A stretch of 62,918 bases of DNA, counting the filler, from Choristocarpus tenellus KU-1152 (Eukaryota > Protista > Phaeophyceae), in the NCBI GenBank assembly GCA_964200185.2. It is 12 parts of 12 records of this genome, joined end to end, with 100 filler letters (N's around TTAATTAATTAA, not from the genome) between each part and the next. Parts side by side here need not be neighbours in the genome. Positions count along the whole stretch, not along the records: positions 1 to 3,088 come from CAXNAD020022399.1; positions 3,189 to 12,394 come from CAXNAD020003882.1; positions 12,495 to 15,147 come from CAXNAD020025937.1; 9 more parts are not named here. One strand, written 5' to 3'. The first letter of the stretch is position 1. Each line of letters begins with the position of its first letter. The notes below the pieces were generated by a model, which made no database searches, was not told the origin of the DNA, and saw only the letters and a program-made list of their open reading frames with translations. Below, piece by piece: positions 1-12,581 of the stretch. The translations under genes were made by a program, and so were the position numbers.

Positions 1-1952
1 GAGTCCCCAGGGAGATGGGCACTGAGGGGTTTGCTGGATTTTTGGGATGCCTCCCTAGCTCCCCCCCCCAGGGCGCAGGAGTAGGTAGATGGGAAGCACA
101 GGAAGGCAGTATTACAATATTGATAGCTGTGAAGCAACTGATAGATTAGTGGTTTTCACACTTTATTCTCTTCTTTGTCATTTTCGCCTTCGTTTGCGTA
201 GTCAAGCATAATTGTCCAGCACACTTGCCCGACCATATTCTACCATGATGACAAGCAGAACTGTAATGCAGAGGATATGTACCTCTGGGGCAGGTGCAGG
301 GGGTGTTGTTCCCTCCCAGGTTACCCAATGATTTCCAGAAGGTCTTTTGAGGGGGCACCCGTAGGAAGGAGGGTGTGGATGGACAATCCTAAGGCCTGTA
401 TTGTAGGGCTCGTGCAAACCGCTTGCGAGAAGGACTTGACATGAGGCCCTTGCTGCCTTGCTAGGAGGGTGGGGAGAGTAGCCACCAGCGATCCTACGAA
501 AGCCGCATGTTGGGGGTGTTTCATAGAGGAGAGGCCCAGACCCCCCGCACTTGTAGGCATCCGTGCCTGTACTTGTTGGTGGGTCTCTAAGCGGAGAGAT
601 CCATTGTTACACCCTCCCTCGAAGAAATCCGTCGCCTCTGTCGAGTCGACTATCTCCATTATCCTCTCTATTGTCCATAAGGAGGTGTTATCTGCTTGCT
701 CCATGGTGGAGCGTGCCAGGAGGGGGGGAGTGACCCTCACAAGATAGCCTAGCCGGGAGGAGAGGGACCAGGAGTTGAGGAGCCAGACCACCTGCTTGTC
801 CTTCATCTCGCTGAGGTGTGTGGCCAAAGCTTGTGTCCCAGAGCTCTTGATCACCTCCATGATGTGAGCTCGAATAAAGTCATCTGTTCCCACCGGAGCT
901 CCTAGAGTGACAAAACCACTGGGGTTCGGGGCTAGGTTGATTCCCGCTGTAGAGATAAGCTCCAGTTCCGAGGGCATGGGTTGGTAGCCCTGGGGAGGTG
1001 CGGCAAACGTCTTATCTATGTTTAGGTCAATGCGCACTTCATGGAGATTATTTTTTAACTGCTCGAAAGCGGCTATGGTGATAGGGTTGATCCCCCTTTG
1101 CAGATATGGGCGTGTCATCCAGATAGCTCCGGGAGGAAATATCTTGGGGTCCAAAGACTGATTGGACCTGTTGCAAGACCTTGTGTGTTGCCATGCAATA
1201 TAAGAGGGGGCCCAGTGGGTCTCCCTGTTGGGCCCTAGATCTCCCTCATCTAGGGGGAAAAGAAATTTCCTGGTGTTCCCATATACCTTAGAAACATAAG
1301 GTTGGAGTCCTGGTAGGGTCTCTGGGAGGGCCTGGATGAAAGCTGAGCGACGCACACTGTTGAAAGCATTCCTTCTGTCCAAACTGACGACCCATTCTCC
1401 GCACTCATTCCTTAGGCGGACATCCAGGAGTGCACGTTCTACGCCATTTGGGTCCCCGACGCCAAATTGTCCTACTCCCCCGAAAAAATTCGTCTAGGTA
1501 GGGGCGCCATCCTGTCCAGAAAGCTGAAGCACATGCCCTCCTGAAAAAAGACCCGCAGGCAATCGGGCGACACTTCTCCCCAATTGCGCATAGTCTGTAG
1601 TTAGTGTGGAGTGTCCAGAACTCTAGGAGTAGGGAGTCCGGGGAGGTGTAGATTAGCTCCCATAGCTTTCTTTGCAAACGCCAATGCCACCTCCTCGTGA
1701 CCAACATCTGTCGTGATGGCTGATCTGATGTGGCTTCAGCGCATCCCGTCAGGGCCTGGTGCCGAGTTGCTGTTAGCCCTCATGAAGGCTTTTCGAAGGG
1801 AGGTGGGGTTGTACTCCCCTTCAGGGGGGCAGTACCTTTGTTCCCCAGATCTTGCATTCCCTTGTACCCTGTCTTTTGCGTCCGTGATGGCCTGCCTAAA
1901 CTCGTCTTGGTTCTCACTCAAGAGTTTGGGACCAGTATATTGAAAGTCCCCT

Positions 1953-2211
1953 GAGCCAAAGTATCTTAGAGGGTAAAGCCGCGTCCATTTGGGGGTCAAA
2001 ATTCAATTTGGCGATTTTCATGTAATTTTGGCTATTGTGTTTGTTAGGAAGTGTCAATATCCATGTTCTGGACACACCGTTTCATATCATATACAATTTA
2101 CCTAATCCAAAACATTTTGGAGTAGAAAAATGTGATGAAAACCCCCAAGAGAAGCAAAGCCTCAAATGGACAAACAGGGCAAAACTCGTACCCTCTAAGA
2201 TACTTTCGCTC
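1953..2211 (+). mobile_element. MITE family A (Sola2-like), copy A1
   Basis: TIRs GAGCCAAAGTATCTTAGAGGGTA ... TACCCTCTAAGATACTTTCGCTC; 4-bp TSD CCCT. Confidence 0.92.
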
Positions 2212-2234
2212 CCCTCCGTCCCTGGGGCTCTGGG

Positions 2235-2493
2235 CAGCCAAAGTATCTTAGAGGGTAGAGCCGCGTCCATTTGGGGACCAAAATAAAATATTGCGATATC
2301 AGTGCAATTTTGGCTATCCGGTTTGTTAGGAATTATCAATATCCTTGTTCTGGACACACTTTTTCATAACATACAAATTTACCTACCCCGAAATATTTTG
2401 GAGTAGGAAAAATCTCATAAAAAAACCAACGGGAAGCCAAGCCCCAAACGGACAAACAGGGCAAAACACGTACCCTCTAAGATACTTTTACTC
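2235..2493 (+). mobile_element. MITE family A, copy A2
   Basis: Same TIRs and body as A1; 4-bp TSD TGGG; 23 bp from A1. Confidence 0.92.
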
Positions 2494-3088
2494 TGGGTTG
2501 TGCTAGGAGCACGCTCGCTCCCATGGAAATTCCTCCGTGTTGGTGACCCAGAGCTGCAGTGCGTTCCTGGCGGGCTTGGGGTCCTCTCCAGGGGCCTCCC
2601 TACGTCTACTGGTCCTCTGAGATCGTTGTAGTAGCCATGCAACTAGCTCTTGGATATTTCCTGAAGCCACCCGGGCAAATCTTTCCTCCCTTGAGAACTT
2701 TCCATCATTTAGCCAGTAAGAGACCAAAGATCATGTGGAAGAGTTTGGATGCTCTGATGACCCCTATTGTTGGTGTCCCCCCTTCCAGCCATGGGGCAGT
2801 TACCTCATGTATCAGGAGACCCACTATGTGCATGAGGGCAATTGCGTGGATGGCACCAGTGTGAAGCCTGCCTGGGACCTTCTTCACCGTGGTGATATTC
2901 ACCCACTCTAGGGTCTCCATCTCGACTTGGTCAAGGGCAGATGCTACACTTGGAGTATGGACCCCCCAAGGCAGACGTGGATGTGGTGGTAGGTGGTCTA
3001 GAGTTTCTGTGGAGGGGGGGGGGGTTAGTGGGGGAAGGTGGTGGTTGTGGAGGGGTGGAGGTGGGGGGGATTGGGGCAAGGAAGGAGG

Positions 3089-3188
3089 NNNNNNNNNNNN
3101 NNNNNNNNNNNNNNNNNNNNNNNNNNNNNNNNTTAATTAATTAANNNNNNNNNNNNNNNNNNNNNNNNNNNNNNNNNNNNNNNNNNNN
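3089..3188. other. Artificial contig linker (first of 11)
   Basis: 44 N + TTAATTAATTAA (stops in all six frames) + 44 N. The others are at 12395-12494, 15148-15247, 22353-22452, 26017-26116, 33775-33874, 42513-42612, 47080-47179, 51050-51149, 54532-54631 and 58408-58507. Confidence 0.98.
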
Positions 3189-3400
3189 ATAGCGCTACAT
3201 GTGTTGTGACAGACACTATCCGCCGTAGACGGGATTTGACAGCCCATTTCCTGCTGCAAGCTCCTGCCCCTCTCACCCCTACCACGTAGTAGCCAACTCA
3301 TCCAGAAACCTTTCTGCTTGCATACCGAGGTGCCCAAAACTTTCCACTGTGAAGGTGTTGAGGCTATTACTACGAGGGTCAAATGAACCCTCGTACAATA
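3189..3400 (-). mobile_element. 3' fragment of a CRE-like non-LTR element (RLE tail)
   Basis: Homologous to 15825-15960, 39985-40410, 40815-41170 and 41715-42066; encodes an LNTFTVESFG-LG-Q-E-FLDELA-type tail. Confidence 0.7.
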
Positions 3401-3910
3401 TCAAAGTACGCACTAACGATCATACTATCAATGCGTACTCCGGAGTATATACTAGATGTAACATTGTACCATGAAGTAATAATACCAATGCAAACTGATG
3501 TTGTTGCGTAAGAAGACCTTCATTTTAAGCATCACAATATCAACAACAACAGAGTCAAACCAACTGAGAGGTAGGCACATTTGAACCCTTCTGCATTCTA
3601 AGCCATATTTCTTATTCTGTGCAGTACACTCTATTTCATTGCTCTATGTGCACAGCACTGTACGTAAACTTGACATTATTACCCCTTTCCACACACAAAG
3701 TGACATCACAATTTAGCAAAGGCTCTTTTCTGTAATTGCGCAAAAAAAAAAATCCCTTCCTACTGATCCTTAACATTCAATCCTGCCCACAACTCGGTTT
3801 GACTCGAATACAACACTCTCACACACATACATACATACATACAGGGCAACGGAGAAGTTACCATGTGGTGGTTCAACGTGTCCTGAACCAGTCACATATA
3901 GGTTCCCTCG

Positions 3911-4164
3911 AAGTCAAAGTAAACGAGAGGTACCCAGAGTTGCATTTCAGGGATGCTGACAAATGTATGCAAAATTCGGCCATTTTTCCAAATGCTCATA
4001 CGAACATTTCTAAATTCTGTTAAAATTTTTCAAACAATAGAGAAATCAACACTCAATTCAAAGTTAGCAAGTCATTCGTAGAAGGGTGAATTGCGAAAGA
4101 TTGAAAAAAATGACTTTAATTACAAAACGGCCAAAACCTGGGTACCTCTCGCTTACGTTGACTC
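3911..4164 (+). mobile_element. MITE family B, copy B1
   Basis: TIRs AAGTCAAAGTAAACGAGAGGTACCCAG ... CTGGGTACCTCTCGCTTACGTTGACTC; body matches 55679-55934; no clear TSD. Confidence 0.8.
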
Positions 4165-4269
4165 TATTGCTTTGTCCTTTATTTCCCCATGACTAGTTGC
4201 ACATTTTGCATGTTACCGTCATCCCATTTTATCTCGAAGGGTAGGCTGACTGTCGCCATTCTCTCCAGG

Positions 4270-6050
4270 TGTCAGGATGGTTGTCTCAACACACTACCTT
4301 CCACCCACTGGTGCTAGAATTACACAGTTTTCTTTCGACGACTAGTTGGTGGAGGTTGCTGCATTGCCAGTCACTTGTGATGGCAACTGTGTATATCCAT
4401 CAGATTCCCTTGTCTCTTCTAGCTGAGGTACAGTATTCAAACCCATCTTGAGGATGTAGAACCCAGTGAGCTTTCTGGCTCTCGCGCTTTAGTCGCACAC
4501 TTCTTCAAGTTCCCTTCCTCTTACTAACCAGCCGATGTGCACACATTAGGAAGCCTTCCCCTAGTGGTTCCTCAAATGCGTTGACATACCCCAGGTAGGA
4601 AGGTGTCGTCGCCATATAGCTATCATACCCCATTTGTAGATAACTCGACTCGGCTCACTCATGTTGTCAAGGACGTTCCCTCTGAAAAAGATTAACGTTG
4701 TTCCTACCCCAAAAGTTGGACTGCTCTGTGCCTCTGTGGCTGAGGTCTCCCAAGAAGACAACAGAAGGTCCCCTGAGGGTCTCCGGTATTGTTTTCAGCA
4801 TTGAATCTCTTGTATTAAAGGCCCCTTTCACCAAAGTCAGAGGGGAGAATAGCTTTAAGGAGGTCCTGGGCGGACATTGTATTTGTCAGAACACTATATA
4901 TTATCAAGACATGCGCCTATAACATTAAGGCTGTATGCGACAGGAAGAATGGGAATTTTTTGTAATATTTCTGTCATCGCCAGTAGGGGTGTAAGTAGTA
5001 TTTCTATAAGCTAGTAGTAACGATGATTCACAACCTGAGATATTGATCTGAGCGCTACATTATGGCAATGATCTCGTACATCTACACCCTCAAGGATATC
5101 TGGTATGATAGACCAAGGTGCACGAGGTAATATATTACTGTATGTACTACTTGTGTGATGGCTATCTTCCTGCCAAGGAAACATCATGTCCACTGTGGGA
5201 TGTTGAGACCGGAATCCAAATTGTTCCTTATCCAGGACATCCTCCCACTTGAGATGTGCACTTATGTCGTCTTGCGGCAACCTAAAAGAACACTCTGCCA
5301 GCATGAGCCACCAATGAAATTCCTCTGTATCTACCACAAAAAATAGTCTTGTTCTGCTTGAGGAATACTCCATGGTTGCATCTTTCCAACCTTGAGGCAC
5401 ATCCTCGTGTTACCACAGTCACTACAATTCTATGTACACCCTCTAGGATTCCCCAATCCTCGTTCAGTCCAAGTTTAAAGAGTTCTCCAGGAAAGTCTTA
5501 TGGTGTTGCCTTCGCGCTTGTCATGGCACGAAATCACTTTTCCCATTCCAAAAATAATGTTGGTAAGTCAGGTCTTGTCACAGAGAAGGTGCGTCCTCAC
5601 AAAGGTTCAGCATCCTTGGGGCCGATGCGGTCACACTTGACATTGACGTGGGTCTCATAGTAACACCTCCGTCACTTTATTTGAGGTCCATCATCTTTCA
5701 GGTACTGGATTTGTCACAAAAATAATACAATTTATCGTGGTGATTCCTCCCCATATTATACCGTCAGTTGAGCATAGAAATCAAATTAGTCCCCATGCTG
5801 TGAGCCTTCATCCTCCTGGCGTGTGACTTAAGGGACTCCTGAAGGGCAGATGCTCTCACCGGTTTAATTCTTATGTCAGCTTTGCTTGAATGCTTTTTGA
5901 AGGCGTTTCGAGTGTCTCCCCGATGTTGCTGCCACCCTTGTTTCCGATCCTCTCAGACCTACAGGAAACTTCCTTGGACTCTCTTAATTTTCACACCGCC
6001 CTCCTGGCAGTAACTTTGGGCTAGAAGGTGGTAATACTTCTGCTGTGGCT
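4270..6050 (-). mobile_element. Highly degenerate LINE (RTE/L2-like) RT remnant
   Basis: Minus-strand motifs PQGWKDAT and EQFGFRSQHPTVDMMF (ORF 5011-5400), with FPGELFKLG upstream; many frameshifts; boundaries approximate. Confidence 0.65.
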
Positions 6051-7051
6051 GCAGGTAGATGTGTAGTGTATGGTAACTAGGTTGCACGTAAACACACACT
6101 TACGCAGTTACATACTACGAAGTATTGCGAAGTACAATACATTATTCAGATATGAGTATCAACAAAATTTGCGGCCCTTTAGTTTGTGGATAAAACAAAA
6201 TGCCCATTTGATGTTTCATATTTTCGACGCAAAAAGGAGTGCTGTGCATTTAATTATGTTCATACGCATATTTTCACTAAAAAATGTACGTTCCTCGGTA
6301 TTAGAGATACAACGATATCATCATTATTTCTTAAAACGAATATCACACACTCCGACTATAATATGAGTCTAAAGGGTCTCAACTTATCATTAGAATGTAG
6401 TAATCCATTAAGGCATACCCACTAAGCACATGATTTTAAGGTAGTCATGTCCTAGCTCCTCTTCCACAAAATAACGTGATTTTAAGTATCCGCTTTTGTC
6501 GCGTTGCCTGTCAAGGAGCAGGTAATCCTTGGCCGATTGTGAGCATTGATGGGTTACATAATTCATTGTGTCTTCAAGGTATTGCTACCAAGCAAGGGTA
6601 CACATATAGATTAGAGGAATGTGAAATACAAGTCTCGCTGATGCTCCATGACATATCATGCATGTTCTCCCATGTTCACTACCATTTCCTAGACGTATTG
6701 AAAGACTCTGCTGTTCCATGTCAAGAGGTAAGAAGGCAAAGAATCAGTGCTGATAGCACTGTTGCTGACTTGCCTAGCTTGATAGCTGAAATCAGCACAG
6801 CAACATCCACCACAACAAAAACTCCATCATTGCACCTTGTTTTGTCACACTGCACAAAATTGGCACCGGGTGACTACCCTCAGACAAACTGATCTGAGAA
6901 CAGTGAGTGGCCTAGGTAAAAACACCCCCCTCCCAGATGTCCCCTCAAAATGCATGAAATCCAAATCAGCACAAGCACCCAATTCCTTCAAGCTTCCCTC
7001 CTTTTGCTCTGTACATAACAAATAAAACCCCGTATTTTTCATCTCAGCAGG

Positions 7052-7286
7052 GAGCCAAATTATCTTAAGAGGGTAGAGCCGCGTCCATTTGGGGCCAAAA
7101 TTCAATGTTGTGATTCTGATGTAATTTTGGCTATGGTTTTGTTAGGAAGTGTCAATATCCTTGTTCCAGACACACCTTTTCATAACGTACACATTTTACC
7201 AAAAATGTCGTAAAAACCCCAAGGGAAGCCAAACCCCAAATGGACAAACAGGGCAAAACTCGTACCCTCCTAAGATATTTTCACTC
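7052..7286 (+). mobile_element. MITE family A, copy A3 (internal deletion)
   Basis: Family A TIRs; 3-bp TSD AGG; lies about 165 bp downstream of the GST stop codon. Confidence 0.9.
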
Positions 7287-7450
7287 AGGGTTTGCTTTAA
7301 TATAGGTAGGAGGGGAAATTGTGTTGGAGAATAAAAAAAAAGAGTGAACATCTTACTACCTTCACAGGATCCGTATTTCTTGTTAAATGCATACATCTTC
7401 TGCTTTTTTTTCATGTTTGCCTTAGGCTCTCTCTCCTCTCAGGTATGAAG

Positions 7451-10400
7451 TCAAGAGTGGTACTCCTTGAAGCCCCCTTCCTGGGAGGAGTTCACAAGGA
7501 GACCTTTGCTTACAGATGGTCGTGCCTCCAGGCGCTCATACCACGCCATCACATTGTGATACTCTTTCAATCCCACAACCTCAGATGCCTTGTAGAAAAC
7601 ATCCAAACAACTGCAGCACCATAACATGAGATAGTGCAATAGGGTAGGGTAAAGTGGAGGGGTTAGGGAAGGGTGGCTAGGGGTATAACCAAGGAGAAGA
7701 TGAGTTGCTCCATACTTTCCAACCCGATCAATGAAACAGCTCCCAAAAAAGGTCAATTTACCATTGCAGCACATTGAAGTTCACAAACTGAGCGGGTCAA
7801 GAAACAGGTCTTTATCCTTCTCAGCCCCCTCACCCGAGCACAACAAAAAGAGATGTTTAGAAAGTAGTCCACCATGCGGATCATAATCTGAGTATTACAA
7901 AATGGAGTTGCTCGGTGCTCGGTGGCGAAATCACCAATACAGGGGGGGGGGTTAGCCAGAAACTTCTACTGGACAAACCTCAAATTTGATGCAAAAACAT
8001 GTATTAGACTTGCTACCCCCCAGTCTGTTCACTACTCCTCTTGATTTTGCAGAAATTGCTCACCGGACCCATGGGAACCAGGCCATATCTGCTATGGTGT
8101 ATTCCTCCCCGCACAGGTAGCTCTTTCCCTCCAGCTGCTTGTCCAGGACATCCAACGCCCTCATCACCTCCACCTTGTACCTGCAACAAATAACATCATT
8201 TGCGTAGTTAGTACACAATGGTACAGATTGGGGTGATGTGTGTGTGTTGGGAGCGAGGGGTGGCAGATGGCAAACCAGAGGGTGGCTACTCCTTCCGACT
8301 AGATGAGAATAAAGGTGACTTTGTTGTGGAGTATTATTTCGACGAATATATAACCAGCTTTTGAGACAAGGAGGGTCGAGATATCTTGTTTTGCCCTCGA
8401 GGTGTTATCAATCATGCTAATGAATAAGCTGCTTGAAATTTTTGAACATCATGTAACAGTTGCTGCTCCACATGGCACACAGAAGCATGCTTGGACTTGT
8501 TTCAAAATAGAACACCCAATCGCAAAATGCCAACCTGTGTGGAACAGCATCTGATGCTTAAGGTGTTGCATACTGCAAATCCAACAAAGGCTACGCACGC
8601 TTCCAATCGATAGTATGATAGCTAGCATGAAATTGCACTTTATCACTACACTACACAAGTTCACTGATACGAAATGAGCTGTAATTATTGTTCAGTAAGG
8701 ATGCAGGATTAGTGCGTATCTCATCAGGATATCATTAGCCAATGATAGAGTTGATAGTATGTGTATATTTTAGGAGTCATGGTGATGGGGCTGAGAGTCA
8801 AAGTATCTTAGAGGGTAGAGCCGCGTCCATTTGGGGGCCAAAATCCAATGTTGCCATTTTGATGTAATTTTGGCTATTGTGGTTGTTAGGAAGTGTCAAT
8901 ATCCTTGTTCCGGGCACATCTTTTCATAATGTATACATTTTACCGTCACCGAAATATTTTGGAGTAGGAAAATGTATACATTAAAAAAGCCCTGAGGGAA
9001 GCCAAGCCCCAAGTGGACAAACCGGGGAAAACTCATACCCTCTAAGATACTTTCTCTCTGAGCACCATTTAATACAATTGCATAAAAAATAAAAAATAAA
9101 CCATTAGCCTTCAGATCTATGTGAAATCATCTCTTGCATACCCCAACCCCCTCAACCTCTGTAGCTTCTCCATGGCACCACACTGCACACACCTGTTTAT
9201 CCCATAAGGAATCTTCACTGGTGCATATCTTGCAAAGTGACCATATTGACCAAAGTATGGAGCCTCACCAATCTTTATTTCAGCGCAGACAATACAGCAG
9301 GAGACAAAACAGGTGACAGAGGGTCAAGGACCAGTTTCGCTCGAAAAAAAGGTAAGTGGGGCAGGGTTGGTTTAAGTACAGCAACTTCATGTTACACTCC
9401 AATCTTCCCTGCCAGTCGTTTGCCTTCATCCACCATTGCAAAGGGATCCTGCTACACATAACAGGCGGGTTGGTCAAGTGTGTCCTAGACTCTCTGCAAT
9501 CATGGACACTCAATATACACAAAAACGTTTAACCTGTCCCTCCCCCTAGACAGTACTGTCCTTCCAATCTAGGGGATACGAGAAGTATACGTAAATAGGG
9601 CCAGTGCAGCAGGGCCACAAATGCCTCTAGTGTGTAGAGTCTACAGCGCAAAAAGGAATGACATCACATTACACTCCATCCGTCTGCCCACCTGGAAAAA
9701 CAGCCAATTAAGGCACTCCACCTTGGCAGCTGCATCCTTTGGGATGAACTTGCCAGTTTTTTCTGCCAGGTACAGTAAGATGTTTCCTGACTCAAACAGG
9801 TTTAACGACTGCCAGGCAGAACAAAAGACAAACACCAAATTCAGAAAAAAAACAAAAACAGATGGAATCAACCAACTGAGGGATAGCATGTACAGGGGGG
9901 GATTCTCATAAAGTTACATTTAATACTTATCCAGATCAGGGCAAGGCAGGATCAGTGGGGGCAGAGTGTTGCGTCCAAAGTATATTTGCCGATGTTGTTG
10001 TATTCAAGTTTAAGCATGGGAGAAACGTGGTCCTTCTACACTATCGCATAGAGAGATGTAGATACTGCCACAGCGGATGTACCCGTTTCGCACCTTGCCA
10101 CCTGGGCCATCCTTGTCCACCATGCAGGGTATCTTCGAGTTTGGGTTCACTGCCACAAATCCTGATGTGAACTGATCCTCCTGAGATGCGAAGAATACCC
10201 CACGTAGAAAACAAATAGGACATAGAAGTGGCAGTGATTGGGGTGCATCATCTTGGAAATAAGAGGAGCCCACATAGTCGTTAAGGAACACCTCTACCCA
10301 GCTGCGGTGCTTACTGCGCACTCTCAAGTTAATCTGAGAGGTATATCATCGCATCTTTTACACCACGGTCTGTAATACAGCTCCTGTATGGAGTTCTCAC

Positions 10401-11049
10401 CATGCAACCTGTGCATCATGCAAGGGAGTAGATATCACTATCTAGACAGGACAGAACTTGCAAACCACAAAAACATAAAACGTAGCATTTACTCTCTTAC
10501 AATGATCCACGCATGAGAATATCAAGGAACATCAGCATACAAGGACCCCCTTCCCCTTCCTTCGCACTTCATTGAGCTTCATGGATGCATGGTGTCTTTG
10601 GGCGCCAAACCTAAACCAAAACCACTACACTACAAATTCCAGACTTCTGCACTTTCAATCCCCTCGGATACCCAGAACATCAAATACGGAATAAGGTTAC
10701 ACGAGGTTCAAATTTTCCCTAATTTTTACGGCTTCACACGAAGTCCACCCTTACTTACATCCATTATGTTTATATACCAGGCGTCATATTTCAACCCCAT
10801 CTCCTCAAGGGCGATGGTGACCTTTTGGCCGTTTGGAGTGGCCATGGAGTAGAGCTGGAGGGGGTGATCACCCTCCTGCAGAGCCTTGTGCGTACGAGCA
10901 CCAGCCTTTGAACTGTTGATCTTACTGAACCTTCCGCCAGGATTCAAGCGCTCATTGATTACGCTAATGATCTTCGGGGCCAGTACACCCACAGCTATGC
11001 CCGCTACACCCAGGGCGACACCAGTGACAGTGGACATTGTCGCACTCAT
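7451..11049 (-). CDS. yghU: Glutathione S-transferase / disulfide oxidoreductase, Nu class (YghU-like), 6 exons, about 283 aa, N-terminal hydrophobic segment
   Basis: GT-AG, phase-consistent exons: 11049-10759, 10180-10094, 9808-9692, 9272-9193, 8180-8064, 7610-7451 (852 nt). Motifs LQLYSMATPNGQKV, DQFTSGFVAVNPNSKIP, LFESGNILLYLAEK, GHFARYAPVKIPYGINRY and YTIADMAWFPWV closely match E. coli YghU. Confidence 0.93.
8795..9058 (+). mobile_element. MITE family A, copy A4, in GST intron 4
   Basis: Family A TIRs; 3-bp TSD TGA. Confidence 0.9.
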
Positions 11050-11444
11050 TTCCGAGACTGGCGTGATCTGCTCTTGTGTAGTCCTTACATTCAGTGCGAG
11101 AAGGCAGTATAAGACAGCGAATTTGATATCATGTGGATAAAGCCAGTGATTGAGCTGCAACTTCAACCAGAGAAATCCTGACTTGTATAGGGATATATAG
11201 TACAGTGCACACGCCCACCTTCCCAAACTCGATACACCTAGATGGCCGATGAACGCTGTGCGGAGGGTTGGTATGAACATCAACTCTGCTCAGGATCTCA
11301 AGATGGGGAGTTTCGAAACTCGTTTGGATAAAATCAACCCCTATATAATATGTAGGATTTAGAATCAGTATTGGAAGAATATGACAAATGTGTGGGAGTG
11401 GGACATATAAGTCGGGGAGTTAAAACCTAAAAAATGTACATATC

Positions 11445-11580
11445 TCCCCCTCATTTCGACTGATAGTTAAGGTTTATACTGACATAAGAATAGTTTTCAT
11501 TGGTTTTCTTCTTGACACATCTGGAAATGTCATAATAATAAAATATAGTTAAGTTGAGGTTCGGGACAATTCGGTGAATC
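11445..11580 (-). repeat. Dispersed AT-rich repeat, also tandemly repeated at 41560-42400
   Basis: Reverse complement matches tgacatttt...gtgtcag...aaaaccaatgaaaactat...tatgtcag at about 41610, 42195 and 42325. Confidence 0.6.
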
Positions 11581-12581
11581 AGACTTGAACATACATTTTG
11601 TTTTGTTGACAAATTCTGGACTATTATTATTTTTATTCCTTGTTTCCAATTCACTCATTTCTGAATTATTGTGTGATTCTGTGGTGGCGTGGTTCACTCA
11701 GGCAAGGAAGGGTGGTGAAGAGAATCACCGGGCAAGACGAACCAGACGAGCAAAGACGAGCCGTAACTGACATCAGTCAAGACGTGAGAATAAAGTGGAT
11801 CTTCCATGTGTGACAACTCTGCATGACGAGCAGTCCCAAGTCTGTGGGATTGGTCACATGAAGAGATTCCATGGTTTCATTCTGACGGAACGTCTGTCCG
11901 TGAAATCATGGACGCTTAACTGGGAACCTCAATCGGTACAACGGCATAGCGGTGTATAACATACGGCAATAACGGTATAACAACAGACAAACATGCTTTC
12001 CACATCACCATCCCTTCTGATCGGCCTTGAAGCCATGTAAACATGATTCAAGGTCAACCAAAAAGTGAGCTCTGGGAGCGAAATGGGAAACATGTGGGAC
12101 TGTTAGTATACTATCGCACCATCATTGTATTACACGACTCCATTATTAATACAAAATAAATGAAGTGTAAAATAGAAACGAGGCACACAATAAATATCTG
12201 ATAAGGATAACATTGATTGGTCTAAAGGTTGATGGTGTGTGATCAGCACACTCACATCAAGCTTACGGGGTCTGAGAGTATGAGATCAGCATATCAATCA
12301 GCCTAAAGACGAGGCGAGAGGTATATAACAGTGGATTTTAAAAATTGAGGATGGAGCGTACTATTGAGGATGGTTTTGACCGAAAATGGCGCGGNNNNNN
12401 NNNNNNNNNNNNNNNNNNNNNNNNNNNNNNNNNNNNNNTTAATTAATTAANNNNNNNNNNNNNNNNNNNNNNNNNNNNNNNNNNNNNNNNNNNNAGAAAA
12501 ATTTTTTATTTTGTTTTTTTGTTTGGTGATGGGGGGGGGGGGGGGGGGTGGGGTGTCCTGTGGCGACCTGTGGCCGTTCAG

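Larger units (their letters stand above)
1..3088 (-). mobile_element. Degenerate CRE-clade (RLE-type) non-LTR retrotransposon, frameshifted RT, interrupted by two MITEs
   Basis: Minus-strand ORF pieces carry RT motifs in order: SAPGPDGMR (1736-1999), RPIACG (1405-1707), then DRRNAFNSVRR, LGAPVGTDDFI and QARMPTSAGGLGL (321-1382). Frameshifts and stops are present. Removing the MITEs at 1953-2211 and 2235-2493 restores LAQPRAPGTEGTFNILV. Confidence 0.85.

Noticed and set aside
2035-2357. Recurrent small ORFs (KWTRLYPLRYF, SILEGRAASIWGPK) suggesting a peptide family
   Set aside because: They are incidental translations of MITE A, and the frames are not conserved among copies.
1953-2493. Repeated AAAGTATCTTAGAGGG motif as a CRISPR-like array
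   Set aside because: The motifs are inverted termini of dispersed MITEs with conserved interiors and TSDs. There are no unique spacers or cas genes.
12351-12394. Possible start of a gene divergent from the GST (MERTIEDGFDRKWR)
   Set aside because: Only 14 codons precede the contig end, which is not enough to support a call.
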